From positions 18,290,001-18,354,000 of the forward strand of contig JBHGNT010000004.1 of assembly GCA_043228905.1 (NCBI GenBank): DNA of 64,000 nt. The letters are read 5' to 3'. The notes beneath the pieces are model-generated. The model was not told where the DNA came from and did not search any database. It saw only the letters and a list, made by a program, of their open reading frames with translations. The DNA is from Azolla caroliniana (Eukaryota > Plantae > Polypodiophyta). The position numbers were made by a program, and so were the translations under genes. Positions 49,501 to 61,903 of this stretch are shown one piece after another. Numbering within the stretch: the stretch's first letter is position 1; the number at the start of each line of letters is the position of its first letter.

Positions 49501-52500
49501 TACGCATGCATCCTGACGACCAAGACAAGACTGCGTTCGTCACGGACTAGGGGATTTACATTGCAATGGTCATGATGTTTGGGCCAAAAACGGTGCCAAC
49601 AACTTTCCAACAAACGATCATAGAATTTTTTGGGGAGTATATACCTGCCTTTATGCAAGTTTTCCTTGACAATTTCACGGTATACGGAATAGGAGACGAA
49701 CATTTGGCCCATCTTCAACTTTGTTTGGAACGTTGTCGTACTTCACGCCTAAGCTTGAACCCAACAAAGTGCACATTTGGCGTTACCAGTGGAGCCCTCC
49801 TTGGCCACATCGTAAGCAAGGAGGGGATAGTAGTGGATCCTAAGAAAATTACGGCGATCATTGAAGCAAAAACTCTGACTACTACCAAAGCATTCAACCG
49901 TTTTCTGGGGCAACTAGGCTGGCATAGCCGTATGTAACTACGGTATTTGGTGGATTTCGCTACCCCGTTACATGCCGCCGTGCATCGCACAACCTTCAAG
50001 TGGATGGAAACTGAAGAAAAAGTGTACGATGCACTCAAGATAATGTTAAGTCAAGCACCGATCGTACAACCACCAGATTGGGCGAAACCATTCCATGTCT
50101 TTGTGGATGCTTCAGATATAGCAATAGGCAGCGCGTTGATGCAGCTCACGGAACTGAGTTGGTACAGACCAGTCTATTACACTAGCCATAAGCTATCTAT
50201 TGCCGAACGAAATTACTCCGCAACAAAATGAGAGGCGTTGGGAATGGTATACAACATCAACAAATTCAAGCATTATTTACTAGGATGAAAATTTATGTTT
50301 CACGTAGATCACGCGGCGTTATTGTACTTGGTGGAAAAACAGGCACTGACAGGGAAGCTAGCCAGATGGATGTTGCTGCTCTAGGAGTTCGACTTCGTAA
50401 TCTAGCATCGGCCAAGTATGCAACATGCAATAGTGAATTTTTTAAGTAGAATGGATAACGGGCAAAATGCGCGGAAGGGTGACGACGACTTTCCCAATGA
50501 TGACATTCTACGGGTCGCAACAATAGCATCACGGGAAGAGAAAAAATTTCTAGATCGCTGGCTGATGGAAATGATGTACTTTTTGACGACGGGAAAGCCA
50601 CCGCCGCAACTAAGGACGGATGAAAAGAAGCGATTGGTTGTCCGTAGCCATAACTTTAACCTGGACGAAGGAGTCCTTCATCACAAGGGCAACGATGGAA
50701 TCTGGCGATGCAGGATACGCCAGGATGAGAAGGAAGCCATCTTGCGTGAAGCTCCTTGGGGTACGGTAGGGGGGCACTATGCCGGAGATGTTACGGCTAG
50801 AAAAATATGGCAAGCAGGTCTATCGTGGCCCACCACGCAAAAAGATGCGCACCTCTACTGCAGGCAGTGCGATCTATGTCAATGATTGGGTCAGCCCACG
50901 GAGGGTGCAAGGATGCCACACCAACCCATTCTTCCACTGGACCCATTCTAGAAGTGGGGTCTTGATTGTGTCAGTCCTTTTACGCTGGCAACAACACAAA
51001 CATGCAATAGATATATTCTGGTAGCCATGGACTACTGTACTAAAAGGGTGGAGGCAAAGGCGCTATAGGACAACACGGCGGCATCCATGGCGAAATTTCT
51101 TTATGAATACATCTGGTGTCGTTTCGGCTACCCCATCGCGCTCATCAGTGATCAAGGGAGCCACTTTCTCAATTTAGTCATCCATGAGCTCACACACCAT
51201 TACGTCGTCCTTCATAAGAAAAGCGTGCCATACTATCCACAGGCGAATGGACTAGCAGAGTCTACGAACAAAATCTTGCAGAAGATACTAAAGAAGATCA
51301 TGAATGAGAATAGAACGGATTGTGATACTAAATTGCACAGCGCCTTGTGGGCGTATCAGACCAGTTATAAGATCAACATACAGTCTACGCCGTTCCGGTT
51401 GGCATTTGGGTTAGAAGCCGTAATGCCCATCGAATTTTAGGTGCCCAGTCTAAGCAGCTACGATTACAACAACTCCTTGAATTAGGAGAGGCTTGGGTAC
51501 GTAGTATGGACATACTTGAGCAGGAACAGAGACGGCATAAATCATTTGTCGATCGACATCGGGTCACGCGGGAGAAGGACTTCATAGTCGGGAAGGCCGT
51601 GTTGGTCTTTCAAACACACATGGGTCAAATGCCAAGAAAGTTGTGGTTTCGCTGGATGGGACCGTACTGGATAGTTGGAGCAAAAAAAGGCACTTTCCAA
51701 TTAGGGACCCTCACTGGAGAGATACTACGCCAAAAAGTGAATGGATTCATGTTAAAACCTTATCTCGAACCTACGCCACCAAACTCGTTTCATGCCGTAG
51801 ATGACGCAGCTGAAGGGTCCCCGGATTAATTAATATTTGGGACCCACTTGTAATATAGTGTAACAGTAATTTTGTATTGTACCATTAAAATAAAAAAATT
51901 ATAAAAATAAGGGGGGGGGGGGGGGGGGAAGATAGTAACGACTATTAAAAAGGGCTTTTTTTCATGCACAAACTTCAAGATGAAGAACACGCGGCACCAC
52001 GATGTCACACAAGCCAATAAACCCTAGGAAACAAAAAGAAGGTTACAGATGATTTTCTACACATCACAGAAAACAGACTTCCACCTTCAGCCCTCCTTGC
52101 TCTCTTCGCTCTTCCCCCTCTCCTCGCTCCCCACCATACCACAGAGTGCCCAATCACCACAGCTTGCGAACCTCACCCAGTCGACTCTCCCCCCCTCCCC
52201 CCACGATGTCGATCACCATCTCTACAACCTTGAGGGATATATCAAGGTCACGTAAGCACCATCACACCCTGACGCACTGGAGATAACCAAGAAACTCAAC
52301 ATGGACACGGTGACAAACTCCACCATCCAGAAGAAATTAGGGTTGCCTGCGAATGGGGAAAAACACTTTGATATTTTGGGCAATATTTAGTATCGGCAAA
52401 GGAGTATAGGACGAAGGACATTCCAAACCCCTTCTTTCGGGAAGTCACCATGTTCCTATTGGAGATCGGGTGCATACACGTTAATGTGTATGGCAGGCGT

Positions 52501-55172
52501 CATAATCGATACCTTTGAAGGGCGCGTTGTCGATTAGGGTGTAATCACGGGGTTGGCATTATAGGAAGGACTATACGCGTATCAGGCCGGTAAGAAACTA
52601 CGGCCAATCATCCAACAATATCTTACTGTGCTATTTTCACCTCGCAGACATCCCCCCCCGACCTCCCCCCCAAACCAACAAACTAACGCCTCCACCACGA
52701 TCTGCGAAACGGCGTCTAGCAGAGTTAGCCACTACCGAATGGGAAGAAGAGGCACAGCCGCCCCGCACCACTGAGCCAACGACGCAGTCGGAGCCACCGG
52801 CCAGCTGCGCTGAGACACAACCCTCCACGGCAATAGAGGAACAAGAGCCAGCCCAAGGCAGTCCCAAGTTGAAACGGCGAAGATTGGATCAAAAAGACGG
52901 GCGGGGATTTGTAAAAGATACAGCAGCCCCGGCCAAAAACATCGCCACTATGGAGCATACAACTACATTGGAATCAATTTGCAAGCCACAACCGATCATT
53001 ACGGCTTAGCCTCAACGAGGCAAGGGCATGCTCACACCCGAGAGGGAAGTCTTAAGGTATCCGGACATTCCGGATATGGCCCATGAGTTCGGCGCACTAT
53101 TACAATTTGGAACTACCTACGAACTCATGGAGTTTTTGGCAACAACAGATGATCGAGCGGGCACTAACAAGAATGGCGGAAAGTGAGGATGAGGGGCCGC
53201 TTGTCAAGGTAGGCAGACAACAGAATGCCAGAATATGCTGAATGGGCATTGATCTACCTCCCTTGAATACGACCCTCGTTGAAGTACACAGCGAGTTGGC
53301 CAAAGTCAGCATAGGCGCCAAGGATATGGCAACCAAGAATAAGAATGCCTGGAAAACAATAAAGCTGACACAGGACCACCTCCAGAAGGCCAAGGATTGC
53401 ATTACGCAGCTAGGAAATAGCGCGACGATGACAACGACCATCCCTGCACAAGCTCCTTATGATAACGCATCAAACACCTTACGAGAAGACCTCGAAGCAC
53501 AAAAAGTCATAGTGGCCAAAGCAAAGGAAGCTACTCAAATGGCCAAAATAGAGATTGATCGGCTCCGAGCGGAACGTCGCCAATCTTCGGATAGGGAAGC
53601 AGATGCTAGGGTGAAAGGCCGTCAGGCAGTCAAGACATTGGAAGGCAAGCTCCAGGCGGAGGTCACAACGCATAGCAGAACGAAGGAGGAATAGTAAAAG
53701 TTGCGTGAAGAGGCAAACAAGAAGGACGTTGCAATCACGGGATTATGGGAGCTCGCAGAGAGAAAGAAGGCCTGGTACAATGAGCAGCTGGTACATGAGC
53801 ACGCACAAACGCATGAAGTCCAGGTACGACTAAACAATGAGATGGGACGTCTTGAGGAACTACATTTAAAGGAGTCCTAGTTATGGGCCAAAATGAAGAG
53901 TCTTTACGAAGATGCCGCGGTGGCATATAAGTGTAAAATAGAGAATCTAATGAAAGCTTTAGATGAGTCCCAAGTATGCGCCACCTTGATGACAGACCGG
54001 ATCCGCACCCTCCTACAAGCCACTCACGAGAAATTGAATACACAGCTAAAGGCGACTATGGACAAAGGTTGGGCCGGATGGGCAATGAAGGCCGTGAAGC
54101 TACATACATACCGTGCGGATACCGAAAACCGCCGAAAGGACAGCAAGGGCTTTTATAAGCTAAGTGAAGACAACATCACGACCCTACACCAAGACCTTGC
54201 CAAAGACTACCAGGCGCTAGCCAATCAGCACTCCCAGGAACTCACGCAGCTAATGGAGGAGTTTGCGGAAAGCCAAGAAGAGACCTTCCGGCAACTGATG
54301 GACATTGGCAGCGAAACTTAGAGGGCAGAAGAATTAAAAAAAGCGGAGGCAATTACTGTGCCAGACAGCCACTCCACAGACCAAACCAAGTCGCCGCCCA
54401 ATGACGGGCCTATAGTCATGAAGGCGGGCAATGAAATGGGTGCCGAAACCACGCCAAGAAGAGACCTCGACAGAGTCGGAAAAGGTGGTCCCCGAAGAAG
54501 CACCAACAAAGAAAGTCCAGCCGACCTCGGGTGAAGAAGAGAGAGTGGAAATCACTACACCGATCAAGCCAAACAGAAACACCCCTACAACTGTCACGCC
54601 ACCCCCGGACCACGACACACAGGCAGAGCCGAACATCCTGGACACTTTGGATGACGAATAGACGGATGGGTTCGACGTGCTATGGCACTGTCCCAGAGGC
54701 GTGCCAGATGTTGTCCGTCGTACTTAACGCGGGATAAATTAAAATACAAATTAAAATATTGTAAAAAAAGAATGTAATGGTTCACGCGAGTAGCGTAACC
54801 AGCGAGACACCCTATGTATATAAAGGGCAGAAATCTTGTGTAAAGGGTTAGCGTTATTTTGAGAGTTGTTTTCTAATATAGTATTATCTCCCCTGATCTA
54901 CTATGTAAGTGCCAGTGTGATATTGAGTGAGGGTTATACTCTGTTATGAGTGCGTACCTGTGAACATAAGGTTAAGCGTGTTCGCGTAGTTACGCATCGT
55001 TCCTTTGATTGTAGCCGGGAACCTTCATGCCCTGTAGATACATACTATTCAGTAACAAGTGAGGTACGGACGTATGCAGTACGCCTCTCTATCCCTTGTA
55101 GCACAACCCCTTGACGCCTACCCCGAAGGACTGTGGGTAGACAGTGTTCTAGTTGACAGTACGCCGACGATA
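46518..55172 (+). mobile_element. Full-length degenerate non-chromovirus gypsy (Athila/Tat-like RT and integrase) with extra 3' ORF
   Basis: LTRs 46518-46996 and 54709-55172; gag knuckles; RT VVVPKKNG..VCVDYRKLN, FLDGCSGY; RH FVDASD; IN GGHYAG...C..C..CQ, SDQG, PQANG; no chromodomain. Confidence 0.9.
52200..54661 (+). pseudogene. Extra post-pol ORF: Pro-rich linker, long coiled coil, acidic tail
   Basis: ORF pieces 53242-53694 and 53893-54321 in one frame broken by TAG/TGA; homologous to 11729-14160. Confidence 0.65.
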
Positions 55173-55365
55173 GAGTCCAATAACATTTCGGCTGAGCAAG
55201 CCGAATGAAGCGCCGAGATGGAAGGACTAGCAAGATGATGAGCCGGCTAGCAATGACAACTCAATTGTGCTCTCCCCGCATAAGGAATGGTTCACACGCA
55301 AGGAAAAGGGGAAGAAAAAGATTCTGAAGTACGACACCGGAAGAGACGAGTCAGATCAGAGTGAA

Positions 55366-57113
55366 TCGTCGTCCTTTGCCTTATCCTCCGTCGAAGCACG
55401 CGTGAGTTGACGTCATAGGCTCTGAAATCAGCTATGGACTCTTTGAGAAGCTGTTTGATGGTGTAAAATTGGTCGATAATCTCATGTTGTCGTGCCTTTC
55501 GACTCCGGATGGTTGCATGAGTCGGGTGGGAACCATTGAGGTTTTGGACTAGGAGAAAGAAGAATATGAGATAAGTCTAGTAATGAATAGGTAAAAAGAG
55601 AGGTAAGTTATGAATCTCGTGAATCCCACGAGTTTAGTGTATTTAATCAATATTTAGATAGTAAGAGACAATTTAGATGACAAATTCGCGAATCCCACAA
55701 ATATATTATATTGGTCAATCCTTACAAAATAATCAACAATTATATACATCTTTCTCTCCTCCTTATATAAGGATGGGAGAGACTAAGCATAGCTTCCTGC
55801 TTTTTCTAAAGTGTTCATGCACACTAAATGTGCATGAGTTGCTTTTTCCACTATGCTTTTATTTACACTACGCTAGATGTGCACGAGTATTTTTTTATTG
55901 GTTTATATTTTTCTTGTAAATAAAGTATTCACGCACTCCAAAAATGCATGACTTACCTTTTAATAAAGGTAGGCATAAATAAAAATTTTATAATACTTAT
56001 GATAACTTAATACAATGGTAATGTTCTAGTTTATTTACATGGAGATACAAGATTCGAATCCTGCCCTATGCATGTAATAAATAATTTAATATTTTTCATG
56101 TATTTATATATATGTACTTAAATCGGATATATTATTTTTACCTTTTTCATGTAGTGTGCGGACTACACTACGACAACGTTGAGGGGTACTCCGATGGAAG
56201 AATCGCAAAAATGATGATTGAAGCTGGTCAAACGTCGCGAATGATGTGATATTGAGCTGGGAATGCTAGCGTGCAACGCGTCCATCCAAGGTTATCCTGA
56301 ACTCAGCGATCTTCGATGTGTGCACTGTGATTAGCGTTCCAAACGTTGAGGAACAACTGAATGTGGCTCGCGGCGTTGGTTTCGCCGTTGAAACAGGGGT
56401 ACGAGAAAGCCATGCTGGTTGCGACGGTTGTTTTGGGAAAGGGATTGTTGTTGTTATCGAGGTGAGGGTTTTTGTGTGACTTTGTAACACTAGCTTGATC
56501 TGGTGGTGATATGGTTTCCTGCCCGATGCCGCTTTGCTTCATGAGCGTGGATTCTACCATATACACCAAGGGAGAAGGGGCGTGGTCATTGAAGCGAGGT
56601 TTTCAAGTAGCCCATTCTTCTATCTGTCAGGTGACTGACTTGGTCAATTGTCAATCTTGTCAAGTGCGTTCTCTATTACGTCGGTGGGTAGACATCCATT
56701 CCTTGTTGTTAGGTTTTTTTTAGATTCACACATCACTCGGCATGCCAAAAGTGTTGTCGGTTACGAACACAGCCTACCCTCGGTCCTTCGGGGTAGGTAT
56801 CAAGGTGATCGTGGTACAAGGTAGGAAATTGCGTAGTCCGTGGAACGTAGTGACTTAGAGTGTGTTTACTAAAGGCGTAAAACTAGAGACGACTACAACC
56901 GAGCTCCTAATGTGTGTAACCGCGCAACTTGTATTCACCTTACACAGTTACACTTATACAGTCACACAGAGACAATAGAGAAGAGAGAAGAGATAAGAGA
57001 CAGAACTTAGAGAAGACAGAAACTATATTTCTGAGTATTGCGCTAGCTCCTTACAATGTTCATATGCCCTTTAACATGCGTTATTTACATTTGTCCTTTT
57101 ACGGCAGACAAAA
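55366..57113 (-). mobile_element. 5' part (LTR 56752-57113, PBS, gag) of a relative of 46518-55172
   Basis: FSYPCFNGETNAASHIQLFLNVWNANH matches 47131-47472; PBS TGGCATGCC at 56739-56747. Confidence 0.85.
55488..56175 (-). mobile_element. Solo LTR of the tRNA-Trp-primed gypsy family
   Basis: Reverse-complement homolog of 6632-7517; TSD ATGT/ACGT. Confidence 0.9.
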
Positions 57114-57449
57114 CTAAGACGCCCAAATAGGCCTGGGAAAATCTGAAGAAGATTTTCGCCATAAGTACCACGACTTTGACGTTGCAGCTCCGGCAAGAGA
57201 TCAATAGTATCCGGCAACGGGACATGTCGGTTACTGACTACACCTCCAAGATCAAGGAGATCTGCGACGTTGTTGGTTCCATCAACCTAATGGTGGACGA
57301 GAACGAGATGGTCCAAATCTGGCTCAATCGTCTAACACAATAGTACGGGCTCTCAAAGTTAATATGCGGAAGCGTTGAAAAACTGGTTTATCCGGTCAGC
57401 AACAAAAAATCAAAGAGAGGTTTAATGGAAGCTTAAGAATAGAGAATAC

Positions 57450-57492
<43 letters not shown>

Positions 57493-57700
57493 CCATAAAC
57501 CTAATTCAAAATAATAACGCTTTGTACATAGGATGTGCTCAGTGAGCACTTTTTATAAAAGTCCACAAGGGACTGACAGAATTACTATGTACTTCAATGC
57601 TCGTAACACTAACTACAAGGACCAAGACTACCTAGTAGTCTAGAAGCGTAGAGACCTCTAAATGGCCTACCGGTAACACACGTTGGTCCAACTCTCTAAT
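57114..57700. mobile_element. Copia C2 gag fragment (+, 57114-57350) followed by a C2 LTR (-, 57351-~57700)
   Basis: LQLRQEINSIRQRDMSVTDY gag; LTR is the reverse-complement homolog of 36971-37301. Confidence 0.8.
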
Positions 57701-57702
57701 AT

Positions 57703-60222
57703 TGTTGGGAAATCGGTCCCTTCGGATGGAATCCAGTTATGAATGAAGAGGACCTGTTGAGAACCAGACGAGATCCGGAAACTAGATCGGATGGCCCCGG
57801 TGAGAACCGGAAGATATCTGGAAACCGGATCAGATGGACTCGGTGAGAATCGGAAGAAAAGACATATTTGTAAATATGTTTTGAGGAAGCCTATTGAGGC
57901 TATATTTGTAAATAGCCCTAAGTTCATATAAGTATAAATATGACTTAGGGCAATCACTTAGAGGTGATGTTGTTGTCATATTGTCGTATGTGCATAACTG
58001 TTGTAATAGAGAGAGAGAGAGAGATACAAAGCGACACTTTGTTATAACCGCCGCTTGGCGAAGATACAGAGCTCCAGATCGTTGCCTCTGAGTCTCTATT
58101 TGTACCTTCTCTTGATAGTGAGAGCTTGGAGTCTGTGGGCTCCCGTGGTTTTTCCCTATTGGGGTTTTCCACGTAAACATCCTGTGTACTCTCTATTGTG
58201 TGTGTGTGTGTGCGTTCACTCTCTATTTCCCATCTTTGTGTTTCATTCTCTCGGTTGTGGCTGAGCAATATTCCGCGTTATTTTCTCACAAACTAGTATC
58301 AAAGCGAACAACACAGGAAATGGAAGAATCGTTCGGCAGCATGTTCAAGCTCATGGGCTCCAACTACTCAGTGTCGAAGTCGAAGATGAGGGATATGCCT
58401 CTCAGCTCCAGATCGTTGTCTCTTGAGTCTCTATTTGTACCTTTTCTTGATAGTGAGAGTTTGGAGTTTGTGGGCTCCCATGCTTTTTCCCTATTAGGGT
58501 TTTCCACGTAAACATCCTGTGTACTCTCTATTGTGTGTGTGTGTGTGTGTGCGTTCACTCTCTATTTCCCATCTTTGTGTTTCATTCTCTCGGTTGTGGC
58601 CGAGCAATATTCCGCGTTATTTTCTCACAAGCTGGTATCAGAGCAAACAACACAGGAAATCGAAGAATCGTTTGGCGGCATGTTCAAGCTCATCGGCTTC
58701 AACTACTTAGTTTGGAAATCGAAGATGAGGGATACACTAGTGGTTAAAGATCTTTGGTTGTTGGTTCCGTTCGGGGACAAGAGAACGGATAAGATAGACG
58801 CCACAGTGTGGGAGGTGATGGACATGAAGACGACGGCTTACATCTGGTGCTTCATCAACATGAGCCGTACAACAACTTCAATGAAGAGAGCAAGCCTCAT
58901 GAACTCTGGGAGAAAATCGGCATCATGTTCCAGAACAAGAATGCCGTTAATCGGGTTTTGGTATTCTGGAAGCTAGTGAGGCTCCGGTACCAGGACGACT
59001 GTAGTATGGCAGAGCACATGAATGCCTTCCAAGGGCTAATACACCAAGCAACCTCACTGGAAGTACCTCTCACCGATGAGGTACTCGCATTACTCCTGCT
59101 CGATTCCCTCCCATATAGTTGGGAGAAGTTAGTTGTCATGTTGGGCAACACCGGGCTGGAAGGAAAGCAGTTGTCCCTAGCAAGGGTAAAATCAAGCTTG
59201 CTAGATGAAGAAGCTCGCCGAAAGGACTAGGAGTCCGGAACCGATCTAAAGGCCTTGGTCACGAAAGATGACCATAACCGGGGAAGAGGACGATATCGGA
59301 GTCCCCAAAACTGGGACAAATCGGGGATGAGGTCGAAGTTAAGGGGGAGGTCTACTTGCTTCTATTATGGGAAACCGGGGCACTTCCAGAAGAACTGTCG
59401 ACATTTCCGGAAAGAGAAAGGAACTAACAGTACTGATTCGAAGAATGGTTCGGACCGGAACAGTTCGAACTGGAAAAGCTCAGATCGGAAAGGAACGTCG
59501 GCAATCGCGGCAAGTGAAGAAGAACTGATGCTCATTAGTGAAGAGAATGAGTTAAACCTTGTCGGCAACAAGACAACGTGGGTTGTGGATTCCGGAGAGT
59601 CGTTCCACCTGACACTAGACCGAAGATGCTTCTCATCCTACACTATCGGAGATCACGGTTGTGTCCGGATAGGGAATGAAGGGACATGCCGAATTATTGG
59701 CATAGGAGATGTATTGTTGACAACGTCAATTGGATGCAAGTTGCTGCTGAAGGATGTTCGACATGTTCCGGACGTTCAACTGAACCTGATATTAGCCGGT
59801 CGGCTAGATGATGAAGGCTACACGGGTAGCATCCGGAACGGAGTCATGAAGTTTTGCAAAGGGAGCTTAATAGTGGCTCGAGCCTGGAAGGTTAACACAT
59901 TGTAGTTGATGAATGCCCAGATATGCCAGGCAGAAGTGAACTTAGCATCCGACACTACTGGTGAGTTGTGGCACAAAAGACTCTGTCACATGAGTGAGAA
60001 GGGGATGAGAAGACTTGCCGAAGACAACCTCATTCCGGTGAAGGACGTGCAACTTGAGATGTGCACCGATTGCTTGGTTGGCAAGCAAAACCGAACCTCC
60101 TTACGTTCAAGACCACCGATGAGACGGAATGCACCATTGGAGCTGGTACATACCGATGTGTGTCAAGTGGACACGAAGTCACATGCCGGAGCACAGTACT
60201 TTGTGACGTTCATAGACGACCA
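57703..60222 (+). mobile_element. Degenerate C1-type copia 5' half (LTR, PBS, gag, protease, integrase start) with a ~335-bp tandem duplication
   Basis: LTR ends at 58290 and again at 58629, each followed by an iMet PBS; WVVDSG, LWHKRLCH, VHTDVC, YFVTFIDD. Confidence 0.88.
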
Positions 60223-61277
60223 CAGAGAGAAGAAAGAGATGGTTGTTGCTCTTATAGACGACGGACTAGAGATTAACCTCATGTCGACGGATTTCTACAA
60301 GAAGGGAAGATGACCTATCAACACGAACCATGGATGGAAGATTCGTGTGGCGACGAAGACCACAAAAGATCTTTACGGAGCATGTCCCAACATTCAAGTC
60401 TCAATCGGGGATGTAGAGATCGACCAACACTTTTTTGTGCAAGATTCGGCTTCCCATTCAGTGATTCTTGGGCAACCCTAATAACATCATCAACGATGGA
60501 GACTATGGTGTTCGATAGTGGAGAAGCATTCGCTCAAGTGAAGAGTCTTGATGATCAAAAGTCGGTTCAATTCTTGACAGTGCGAGCTAATCATGAGAGG
60601 AACCCAGATAGCCTCAGAGATGAGGCCTCTGATTTTTAACACGGACTATTGAAGAATGGGGCAAAGATATTCCGAGGAAAAGTAAGTCCCCGAAAAGAAG
60701 AAAGAAGCAAGAAGGAAAACTATATTTAGCACCTAATGGTGCGTGTGGGATGACTACACTCAATGAGAGAGAGAAGCGCCAAGTTCAAAACTTTGAACAT
60801 TGGCTAAAAGAACAAGGAATATTAGAAGAAGAAGACAACATATCATGGGTCATGGAGGAAGCCTCATTTAACGATACAATCAGAGAAATAGAGAGTATCA
60901 TGGACTTGAGCCCTCATGAGCAACATACGATTCAAGTCAACTCCATCAACATGTATACCGCCATCAATGAATGTCGACGAGGGGTCATGGAGGAGTTGGT
61001 CAAAGTAAACACAAAATATAAATCAGTAGATAAGAAGGTCAAGCCGGTAGCTATTCCGTTACCGGATGATAGTTGACAAAGGATGAAAGAAGTTACCAAG
61101 GATCCAAGTCTTAGAGACCCAAAAGGGATAGGCCATACCTTCTCTAATGAATCAAGAGGGAAACTCCAAGTCGGGAAGGATGACTTCCTTCTCCCTGAAG
61201 AAGAAGAGAGGTTTCAGATGGTGCTTGAGAGACATGGGAAAGCCTTCACCTTCTCTCCACAAGAAATCGGATGTGCC
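60223..61277 (+). pseudogene. Gypsy protease/linker fragment joined directly to the copia integrase
   Basis: ALIDDGLEINLM and VILGQP aspartic-protease motifs; YKSVDKKVKPVA; no LTR at the junction. Confidence 0.65.
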
Positions 61278-61893
61278 TGTAAGGAATAGACCCTTCTATT
61301 CACCTTCTTCTCTCAGCCACAACCGATTAATCGCGGATCAATGGAGCAGAAAATAGGAAACACACGTAGAAACAAAACGAAGAAACGCGAGTACACAAGG
61401 ATTAACGTGGAAAACCCTATATGGGAAAAAACCACGGGAGTGCGAGGCTCCAAACCAAACTATGCACAGAGAGATTTACAATGGCGAGCTGCAAGGCAAC
61501 GACCTTGAGCTCGCTTCCTTCGCCACAGGCGGCGGTGTTACACAGAGGCGTCGACCTCTTCCTCTCTCGCGCTCTCTCTCTCACGGCTGCTCTCTCTTCA
61601 CTCCTCTAAAGTGGAAAAACAGAAAAATGAGAAGCAACAGTAAAACTGTTTGCCCTAAGTCATATTTATACTTATATGACTTTGGGCTATTTACAACTAT
61701 AGCCTCAAGGGGGCTCGTAGCGAACATATTCACGGATATGTCCCTGCATCCGGATCGATCTCCGGGTACATTCGTCATCCGGCACCGAAGCCGGGGTCTT
61801 CGTCATCCGGATCCGAAAAAACCGAAACCGGGCTTGTCGGCATTCATCTCCTATATCCGACCATCCCATCCGAAAGGGACCGAAATCCCAACA
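61278..61893 (-). mobile_element. 3' LTR of copia family C1
   Basis: TG...CA ends, adjacent PPT, homologous to 741-1339. Confidence 0.88.
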
Positions 61894-61903
61894 AACTCCC
61901 CCT

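Larger units (their letters stand above)
36196..55365 (+). mobile_element. Degenerate copia family C2 hosting four nested insertions
   Basis: 5' LTR 36196-36325 + 36971-37301, PBS 37302-37313, gag 37392-38188, resumes 44959-46517 and 55173-55365. Confidence 0.8.

Noticed and set aside
51911-51928. G18 run as the element's PPT
   Set aside because: About 2.8 kb upstream of the 3' LTR, so it cannot define the LTR start; at most an internal tract
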